From the NCBI GenBank assembly GCA_013265495.1, contig MU058844.1, positions 12,670,184-12,734,183 on the forward strand: DNA of 64,000 nt, in the 5' to 3' direction. Position numbers and translations under genes: made by a program. Origin of the DNA: Vicugna vicugna (Eukaryota). The notes beneath the pieces are model-generated. The model had not been told where the DNA came from. It saw only the letters and a program-made list of their open reading frames with translations, and did no database searches. This document shows, one piece after another, positions 56,539 to 64,000 of this stretch. How positions within the stretch are numbered: position 1 is the first letter of the stretch; every line of letters starts with the position of its first letter.

Positions 56539-57272
56539 TGCGGGGAGCCGCTCGTGACTGAGGGCTGCCGAGCACAGAAACTGGGCGTAAAACCCCAAAG
56601 TGCAGGGCGCCAGGCTCTGAGATTGAGGCTGCCGAGCACAAAGGTTGCGCCTAAACTCCCACAGTGCGGGGCGCCCGGCTCAAAGGTCAATTGAGTCAGA
56701 ACAATCTCTGTTCCGCCACCCCTTTGAAGAATGCACCAGGTGCGCTAAGTGCCTGAGGAACATCCTGAGCCATTAAGTCACAAGAGACCTTTGGAAAGAG
56801 AGATACAATCGGCACACAAGTTAGTGATCTTTACTTAAAGAACAATTACCTGAGTTAAATATACACGAGTCACGATGCTAGTTTTTAAGTCACAATGTTA
56901 GCCTAGAGGAACAATACCTAAGTTTATGATTTTGGGTTTATGATCCTGGTTTTGGGAACAGTTGATCCGGTTTTTTGGGAACAGTAAATAGTAATGATGT
57001 CTTTAAGTTAATGATCTTAGTATACATTGTAACGTACCCTAAAACAATAACCCTGCCTACGTGCAGGAATGTAGGAACTAATGGGTTAAAATCATATAAA
57101 AGAACCGTCTGAAATAAACTCGAGGTCCACTCTTGACCTAGCGTCTTGCGGGCTAGAGTGAGACCCTCTCACCCAACTTGTCTTGTCTTGTCGTCTCTTT
57201 GTTACGTCTTTCCTTTTCTCAGTCCTGCAGCACAGGTTTCTGGACCTGATCGATTGTCGGCTGGCTCCGACA
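56539..57272 (+). promoter_or_regulatory. 5' LTR (~734 bp)
   Basis: TGCGGGGAGCC...GGCTCCGACA imperfect inverted ends. TATAAA (57095-57100) is closely followed by AATAAA (57113-57118), the short-R layout of JSRV/MMTV. PBS lies 2 nt downstream. Confidence 0.85.
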
Positions 57273-57274
57273 AG

Positions 57275-57292
57275 TGGCGCCCGAACAGGGAC
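57275..57292 (+). promoter_or_regulatory. Primer-binding site complementary to tRNA-Lys3 (UUU)
   Basis: Perfect TGGCGCCCGAACAGGGAC. Confidence 0.95.
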
Positions 57293-57360
57293 CTGAAATC
57301 TGGAGGAATTCGCTGCAGTGACCGCCGCGGAAAAAACGGAGAGCTCTCAGTCTTAAAGTG

Positions 57361-57369
57361 AAAGTAAGT
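57361..57369 (+). promoter_or_regulatory. Major splice donor
   Basis: AAA|GTAAGT between the PBS and the gag ATG. Confidence 0.8.
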
Positions 57370-57394
57370 CTCCACGGGGAGTGTATTTGAGAGT

Positions 57395-59092
57395 ATGGGG
57401 CAAAATAATAGTAGAGGCTTATTTGTACAGATGCTTAGAGTTATGTTAAAAGAAAGAGGAATTCAGGTTACAAAGCAACGTTTAGAACAATTTCTTGTTT
57501 TTGTAGAAGAAATTTGCCCTTGGTTTCCAGAACAAGGTACTGTTAATTTAGAAACTTGGAGGGTTGTTGGAGTCCGCTTGAGAAATTATTATACAACTAA
57601 TGGCCCAAATAAATTGCCGGCAACTATTCTTCCTTTGTGGCAGTTAATTCGAGATTGCCTCGATCCGGCAACTGAAGGAGAGAAATTAGATACAGTCAAG
57701 ATAGAAAATATTGAGCCTTCCGCTCCTACTAATACAGAATTGAAAGCAGCGCCCTCTGCTCCTCCTGCAGTAAATGCAAGTGATAGTCCTTTTGATTCGG
57801 AATTAGATCCAGCCGATCAGGAGGAATTGGAGGAGCAGGCTGCTCAATATCATAGGGATGAGGATCCTTGGGGCGTCTTCTTAACTGAAGAAAATAGAAC
57901 TTTTGACATGACTAAGCTTAAAGATATTATTACGGAATGTGTTCGACAAAATGTTTCTAAAAAAGACTATAGGACTTTACCTCTAACTTCCTCTCCCCCT
58001 CCTAGTTACACATCTCAGGAGGAAAGAACACCAAAATTTGTTGTTTTAAGTCCTTTACAAAAGGCATTACAACAAGCTAGTAAAGAGGGAGAACACATTC
58101 CTGGTTTTTCTTTAGTATATCCAGTCCTTGAGGATGCCCAACAACAGAGATACTATGAAACTATTCCTTTTAAACAATTAAAAGAATTAAAAATGGCTTG
58201 TGCTCAATATGGACCTACTGCGCCTTTTACACAAGCCATTGTTGAAAGTTTAGGAAATCAATACTTGCCTCCTAATGACTGGAAGCAAGTGGCACGCGCC
58301 TGTTTATCTGGCAGAAATTACTTACTTTGGAAATCAGAATTCTATGAAAACTGTGCAGCTACAGCAAGTATTAATCAATGGCAAGGTATTCAGATTACCC
58401 TAGAACAATTAACTGGAGAAGGACAGTATCAGGATACCTATTCACAGTTAGGATATTTGCCTGGCGCCTATCCTCAAATAAATGCAGCAGCGTTGAGAGC
58501 ATGGAGAAAACTGCCAAACTCTGAAAACAAAACTGAAGATCTGTCAAAAATTCGACAAGGTCCCGACGAGCCATATCAGGATTTTGTTGCTCGTCTTATG
58601 GAAACTATTGGTAAGGTTATAGGGGATGAGCAAGCAGGATTGGTCTTAGCAAAACAATTGGCCTATGAAAATGCTAATTCTGCTTGCCAGGCAGCCCTTA
58701 GACCTTATAGAAAAAAGAGCAATTTGGCTGACTTTATACGAATTTGTGCTGATATAGGACCCTCCTATGTTCAAGGAGTAGCCTTAGCCGCTGCTTTACA
58801 AGGAAAAACAGTAAAAGAGGTTTTATATCAACAAAATCGTCCTAAACGTAATTTTCAGGGAACTTCCAGAGTTGCTGGACCCCCTGGCAGTTGTTATGCC
58901 TGTGGTCAGTTAGGACACCGAGCAAATCAATGTCCTAAACGGGGACAACAGCCAACGGGCCAAAATACATTAGTCATGAGCCCAGGCTTATGTCCTAAAT
59001 GTAAAAAAGGAAAACATTGGGCTAAGAACTGTCGATCTAAAACTGATATAAATGGGCAACTTTTGAACCAGGGAAACTGGGTGAGGGGCTAG
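57395..59092 (+). CDS. gag: Betaretroviral Gag, 565 aa (MA, late domains, CA, NC), ending at a premature TAG after NC
   Basis: Myristoylation MGQNNS, JSRV-like MA (CPWFPEQGTVNLETW), PSAP x2 and PPSY late motifs, MHR IRQGPDEPYQDFVARL, two CCHC knuckles. Confidence 0.95.
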   Translation: MGQNNSRGLFVQMLRVMLKERGIQVTKQRLEQFLVFVEEICPWFPEQGTVNLETWRVVGVRLRNYYTTNGPNKLPATILPLWQLIRDCLDPATEGEKLDTVKIENIEPSAPTNTELKAAPSAPPAVNASDSPFDSELDPADQEELEEQAAQYHRDEDPWGVFLTEENRTFDMTKLKDIITECVRQNVSKKDYRTLPLTSSPPPSYTSQEERTPKFVVLSPLQKALQQASKEGEHIPGFSLVYPVLEDAQQQRYYETIPFKQLKELKMACAQYGPTAPFTQAIVESLGNQYLPPNDWKQVARACLSGRNYLLWKSEFYENCAATASINQWQGIQITLEQLTGEGQYQDTYSQLGYLPGAYPQINAAALRAWRKLPNSENKTEDLSKIRQGPDEPYQDFVARLMETIGKVIGDEQAGLVLAKQLAYENANSACQAALRPYRKKSNLADFIRICADIGPSYVQGVALAAALQGKTVKEVLYQQNRPKRNFQGTSRVAGPPGSCYACGQLGHRANQCPKRGQQPTGQNTLVMSPGLCPKCKKGKHWAKNCRSKTDINGQLLNQGNWVRG

Positions 59093-59121
59093 CCCCAGGC
59101 CCCAAAACAATGTTATGGGGC
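59071..59121 (+). promoter_or_regulatory. gag-pro -1 ribosomal frameshift signal (slippery site plus H-type pseudoknot)
   Basis: G GGA AAC, 7-nt spacer, stem 1 GGGGCT/GGCCCC, 1-nt loop, stem 2 GCCCCA/TGGGGC, 12-nt loop. Confidence 0.92.
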
Positions 59122-60011
59122 AATTCAGGCAACCTCCCAGATCAGTCACAATCCGTTTCTTCCCGGACAAATATTTCAGACCTCTACAGAGCAACCCCAG
59201 GAAGCGCAGGATTGGACCTCTGTGCCTCACTGTGCCTCCCACAGTATTAACTCCTGAGATGGGAATGCAGGCCCTTCCTACTGGAATTTATGGGCCCTTA
59301 CCTCCCGGCAGTGTAGGACTATTGCTAGGACGCAGTAGCACGACTATGAAAGGATTGTTAATTGCTCTGGGAATAATTGATTCTGATTCTGAAGGAGAAA
59401 TTAAAATAATAGCTCACTCCCCACAGACCATAACAGCCATTCCTGCAGGGCAACGTATTGCTCAATTAATTCTTTTACCCACTCTTACTATGGGAAAAAC
59501 CAAAACTGAACGTAAAAGAGGCACCGCAGGCTTTGGCTCTTCTGACGCTTATTGGATACAGCAAATAAGCAGCCAGAGGCCTGAATTGACCTTAGAGATT
59601 CAGGGAAAGAAATTTAAAGGAATTTTAGATACGGGAGCAGATATCTCTGTGATTGCCGCTCCTTACTGGCCTGAAAACTGGCCAAAGCAAGTTGCTCTTT
59701 CTATGTTGCAAGGTATTGGACAATCACATAACCCAGAACAAAGTTCCGCTTTCCTCTCTTGAAAAGATGAGGAAGGACATTCTGGAGTTTTTCAGCCTTA
59801 TATCCTCCCTGGCTTGCCTGTTAACTTATGGGAAAGAGACATTATGTCTAATATGGGGGTATTTTTATATAGCCCTAACCCCACTGTCTCTCATCAGTTA
59901 TTATCACAAGGATCATATCCTGATAAAGGCCTGGGGAGACATAACCAAGGGATTATCCAGCCATTACAAATTAAAGGAAAAAGAGATAGGACAGGTTTAG
60001 GGTATTTTTAA
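59077..60011 (+). pseudogene. pro: pro: dUTPase, aspartic protease and G-patch; disrupted
   Basis: ATPGSAGLDLCA, GLLLGRSS, GIIDSD, RIAQL, GFGSS (dUTPase); ILDTGADIS (protease); KGLGRHNQGI..TGLG (G-patch). Frameshift at ~59225-59240 and in-frame TGA at 59760-59762. Confidence 0.93.
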
Positions 60012-62657
60012 TGGGGGCCCTTGACTGTCCTGCGACTCATGCAGACCCTATTGTATGGAAATCTGATCAGCCTGTGTGGGTCGATCAATGGCCCCTCTCT
60101 CACGAAAAAACAGCCGCTGCAAAGCAATTGGTGCAGGAACAGTTGGACAGCGGACATACTGCTCCTTCTAATTCATCTTGGAATTCTCCTATATTTATTA
60201 TTAAGAAAAAATCTGGAAAATGGAGGTTATTACAAGATTTACGCAAGGTAAATGAAACTTTAGAATTGATGGGCGCTTTACAGCCCGGTCTGCCTACTCC
60301 TATGGCTATTCCTGATGGAACTTATAAGATTATTATTGATTTAAAAGATTGTTTTTATACTATTCCTTTATTTCCTGAAGATTGCAAAAGATTTGCATTT
60401 AGTGTTCCCTCTACAAATTTTAAAGAGCCTATGCAACGATATCATTGGCTAGTCTTGCCTCAGGGTATGGCTAACAGCCCCACCTTGTGTCAAAAATTCG
60501 TTGCTAAAGCATTACAACCTATTCGTTTAAAATATCCAGATGTTTATTTAATTCATTATATGGATGATATTTTAATTGCACACTCTCAAGAAGGCTATTT
60601 ATTGACCGTATTTGATCAGATGCTAATTTCTTTGAAGGCCTCTGGTCTCCAAATTGCTGATGAAAAAGTTCAAAGATTTTGTCCATATGCTTATTTGGGT
60701 TTTCGACTACATAATTTTACCTTTCAAACCCAAAAGATTCAATTACGAACTGATTCTTTATTAACTTTAAATGATTTTCAGAAATTTCTGGGCGATATTA
60801 ATTGGATTCGTCCTTATTTAAAACTTTCCACCGGAACTTTAAAACCCTAGCCTTTATTTTCTTAAAGGAGACACCAATCCTCGTTCTCCTAGAAAATTGA
60901 CTGCTGAAGCTTCTTTGGCTTTACGTGAAGTAGAACAGCCATTGAAAGCCAGCAATGTACTAACTGTGATTATACTCAAGAATGGGGTTTACTTATTTTA
61001 CCCACTCCTCATATGCCAACCAGAGTGCTTTATCAGCATAGTCCTATGTATTGGATACATATGCATGTTTCCCCTTCAAAAGCTTTAGCTGCTTATCCTG
61101 ATTTAGTCTGCTCTTATTTGCAGAGGGACGTACTGCCTCTACTTTATATTTAGGCAGAGACCCGCATTATATTACAGTTCCATATACTAGGGAGCAACAA
61201 GCTCAGTTACAACAATTTAATGATTCTTGGGCTCTTGCTCTGGCTCACTTTACAGGACGCATTACTACCCATTATCCTGCTGATAAGTTAATTCAATTTG
61301 CAAAGTTGCATCCATTTCTTTTTCCAAAAAATACTGTTCTCTCCCCTCTTTCTTCCGCCACTACAGTATTCACTGATGGATCTTCAAATGGTATTGCTGC
61401 TTACATTATAAATGATGAGACTATATCTTGGCAAACTTCTCAAACTTCTGCTCAAGTTGTAGAATTATTAGCAGTTCAAGCTGCTTTAATAGCAGTTCAA
61501 CATGTGCCCTGTAATCTTTTTTCTGACAGTCAATATATCGTGCGAGCCTTGCAAATTTTGGAAACTGTTCCCTTTATTGGCACTGTTAATTCCTATGTCA
61601 ACCGCTTATTTTTTGACGTGCAACTTATTATTCGCAGTCGCACCGTCACCCTTGCTATTTTGGTCATCTCCGGGCACATACTAATTTACCTGGCCCTCTT
61701 TCTGAAGGTAATGCTAATGTAGATCGTGCTACTCAGCTTTACCCAGCTCTTGAAGCGGCTAAACAATCTCATGCGCTTCATCATCAAAATAGTCATAGCT
61801 TGCGGCTGCAATTTAAAATTCCTCGTGAAGCTGTTCGTCAAATTGTAAAAACCTGTTCTACCTGCCCTACTGCACTTTCTGTCCCACATTATGGGGTTAA
61901 TCCCCGAGGACTTTTACCTAATCATCTCTGGCAAATGGATGTTACTCATATTAAAGAATTTCGTAACACTCCTTTTGTCCATGTTAGCATTGATACTTAC
62001 GCAGGATTTATCCATGCTACTCTACAAACTGGAGAAGCTAGTAAATATTGTATTAATCATCTCTTAAAATGTTTTGCTGTCATGGGCCAGCCTCGGGTTT
62101 TAAAAACTGATAATGGTCCTGGCTATACTAGCCGAATGTTTCAACGCTTCTGCCAAACACTAAAAATTGAACATAAGACTGGAATTGCCTATAACCCTCA
62201 AGGGCAAGGTATTGTGGAGCGCTGTCTTCAAACTCTTAAAAATCAAATTCAAAAGCTAAAAAAGGGGGAATTATATCCCCTTACTCCACAAAATTACTTA
62301 CATCATGCCCTTTTTATTTTAAATTTTTTGACTTATGATATTAAAGGCAATTCAGCTGCTCAACGCTTTTGGAACCAAAAACCCTCTCACCACCCTTTGG
62401 TGAGATGGAAGGATCCACTTACTAATCAATGGGCCGGCCCTGATCCAGTTTTAATGTGGGGGAGAGGCCATGTTTGTGTTTTTCCACAGGATGCCGACAC
62501 GCCGAGCTGGCTTCCAGAAAGGCTGGTATGCCAGATGGAGGAAAGCAGTAACAAAACATCTTCAGCAGCTCCAACTTCAAAAGAAGACGCCTCTTCCAAC
62601 AACTCTGCAAACCCAACAACTGATTCAACAAGCGAATCAGATAGCGAGAACAACTGA
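60005..62657 (+). pseudogene. pol: pol: RT, RNase H and integrase; disrupted
   Basis: In the -1 frame relative to pro. WVDQWPL, LPQG, YMDD; VFTDGSS; HALHH..CSTC, WQMDVTH, KTDNGPGY, GIVER. Stop at 60848-60850 and several frameshifts through the connection and RNase H regions. The integrase frame is open to 62657. Confidence 0.95.
62471..62490 (+). promoter_or_regulatory. env splice acceptor
   Basis: TGTTTGTGTTTTTCCACAG|G immediately before the env ATG, as in JSRV. Confidence 0.85.
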
Positions 62658-62697
62658 AAATCCACAAATGTCATTAATGTTTCTGGTCATTAGTTAG
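62491..62697 (+). CDS. JSRV/ENTV-like Env signal peptide (Rej-like), 68-aa ORF
   Basis: MPTRRAGFQKGWYARWRKAVTKHLQQLQL matches the JSRV Env start MPKRRAGFRKGWYARQR. Overlaps the integrase 3' end in the +1 frame. Confidence 0.85.
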   Translation: MPTRRAGFQKGWYARWRKAVTKHLQQLQLQKKTPLPTTLQTQQLIQQANQIARTTENPQMSLMFLVIS

Positions 62698-62699
62698 TT

Positions 62700-64000
62700 A
62701 GGGCATGTACCGTTGCTCTTATGCCCTTTCCTGGTGCCCAAGCAAATGTATTTTTGTCATGGGCTCAAGCTTATGCTGATTTTCACAATTCATCTGATTG
62801 TTGGGTATGTAGTGCCATGCCTTTATCTGTTGGTAGTTTGCCTTGGTGGGTTATGCCTGTTACTAAACATGAATTTCACGCTATTTGTGAATTGTTATTA
62901 CAACAGCGAGAAAAATATGGTGGGTTATATTCTCAAAGTGTCTCTGCACTTGCCTGGTGCTCTGTAAAGGTTATGCATTCAGGATTCTTTTTCGATCTTA
63001 ACGCTACAGAAAAAGAGGCTATAGACTTATATCATAAGGCCCCACCACAAGCAAAACAACTAGACACGGACATTTCTGGACGTCTTACAGGACAATTTTA
63101 TCAAATATGGGACCAATATATGTGGATTACCCCAGAAACTGGACAGTTGACAAACCCTGCAGATAATTTGTTGGGAACAAAGAGAACAACCATGTGGATT
63201 TAATGAAAAGACTCTATCAAGAAAGGACTGGAAATATTTGGGATATTTATCTCAAAGACTTTGTAAATGGACCATAGATGTTACATTTACATGTAAAAAG
63301 CCTTTTGTATGGCCCGGTTCAGACTGGAATAATCCAGGCTATCGTTGGGTCACACCTAATGGGACAAAATGGATCTGCGGAACTAATGTTTGGCCTTGGT
63401 TACCCTGTGGCTGGGTGGGACGTTGTACGTTGGGATTTGTTATAGCACCTGGCAGAATTGTAAAATCTGTGCACGGTATTCCTGCTAATATGCCTAATTT
63501 ACATGCTCGATGGACTCGACAGCATTTAAATGGTATGACTATTTAGCTGCTATTTTTGTTCCTTCCTTAGGGACTGTGGATATTATGACTAAGGTTAATG
63601 CATTGACAAATTTTACCCAGAAAGCATTGATAGATGTAAAACATGCTGTAGAGGAAATTAATGCTGAACAAAAACTTATGAGAAAAGCTGTATTGCAAAA
63701 TAGAATGGCTCTTGACATTCTCACTGCTGCGCAAGGAGGAACTTGTGCTATTATTAAGGTAGAATGTTGTGTGTTTATTCCTGACTTGTCTGCTAATATT
63801 TCTCAGGCAGTGGATGATATGCAGAAACCAATTAAGAATATGGATTCTCCAATGCCTTTTTTACCAGCACAATGGTTTGATTGGCTTAAGAGTGACTGGT
63901 GGAAACATGCTCTGGTGATTGTCATAATAATTTTGATCCTGATTTGCATGGCCCCTTGTATACTCTCATGTTTGTCTGAGTTTTTGACACAACGCATGCT
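62700..64000 (+). pseudogene. env: Gamma-type env SU/TM (HERV-R(b)/PABL_B-like), frameshifted, running off the window
   Basis: NVFLSWAQAYAD..CWVC (62799-62810)..LPWWV; ICWEQR; PNGTKWICGTNVWPWLP; RWTR cleavage site (63508-63519). TM: WYDYLAAIFVPSLG..LQNRMALDILTAAQGGT-CAIIKVECC (63693-63770), then a membrane anchor. Frameshifts at ~62690, ~63163 and 63520. Confidence 0.92.

Larger units (their letters stand above)
56539..64000 (+). mobile_element. Endogenous betaretrovirus (JSRV/ENTV-like gag-pro-pol) with chimeric gamma-type env; truncated by window edge
   Basis: LTR-PBS-gag-dUTPase/pro-pol-env in canonical order, with all hallmark motifs. Confidence 0.96.

Noticed and set aside
58300..59940. 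APOBEC3 hypermutation of the provirus
   Set aside because: A few apparent G-to-A changes (TGG>TGA, LWGRD>LWERD, GDY>RNY), but most Trp codons are intact and CpG decay explains others. A family consensus is needed.
61800..62260. JSRV orf-x equivalent in the +1 frame of integrase
   Set aside because: The frame is hydrophobic as expected (IISGKWMLLIL..) but has several stops (e.g. 61846, 62065). The longest ATG ORF is 58 aa.
62700..64000. Env as a captured syncytin-like gene
   Set aside because: At least three frameshifts, so this copy cannot encode a fusogen. An intact paralogue cannot be assessed from this window.

Overview
Mammalian genomic DNA, most likely a camelid, judged from tRNA-Ala-derived Vic-1-type SINEs. 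The left half holds the 5' end of ZDHHC17 (HIP14 palmitoyltransferase) on the minus strand: a CpG-island promoter, coding exon 1 (27456-27548), a ~23 kb repeat-rich intron 1 and coding exon 2 (4376-4479). Intron 1 contains L1s, SINEs, LTRs, an RPL17 processed pseudogene inside a MER3, and a perfect (UG)54 tract directly behind a consensus 5' splice site. The right half is intergenic: an ancient two-LTR ERVL remnant, L1s, nested MaLR/ERVL/L1 elements and solo LTRs. From 56539 to the window edge lies a comparatively young endogenous retrovirus, the most interesting object here. Its LTR, tRNA-Lys3 PBS, gag, dUTPase-protease-G-patch, pol and env signal peptide are JSRV/ENTV-like betaretroviral. 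Its SU/TM are gamma-type (CWVC, immunosuppressive domain, CX6CC), resembling HERV-R(b)/PABL_B Env. The env is therefore a chimera that kept the Rej-like leader. pro, pol and SU/TM are disrupted, while gag (565 aa) and a 68-aa Rej-like ORF remain open. The 3' LTR is outside the window. Family assignments come from remembered sequences, not searches, and novelty cannot be confirmed without a database search.
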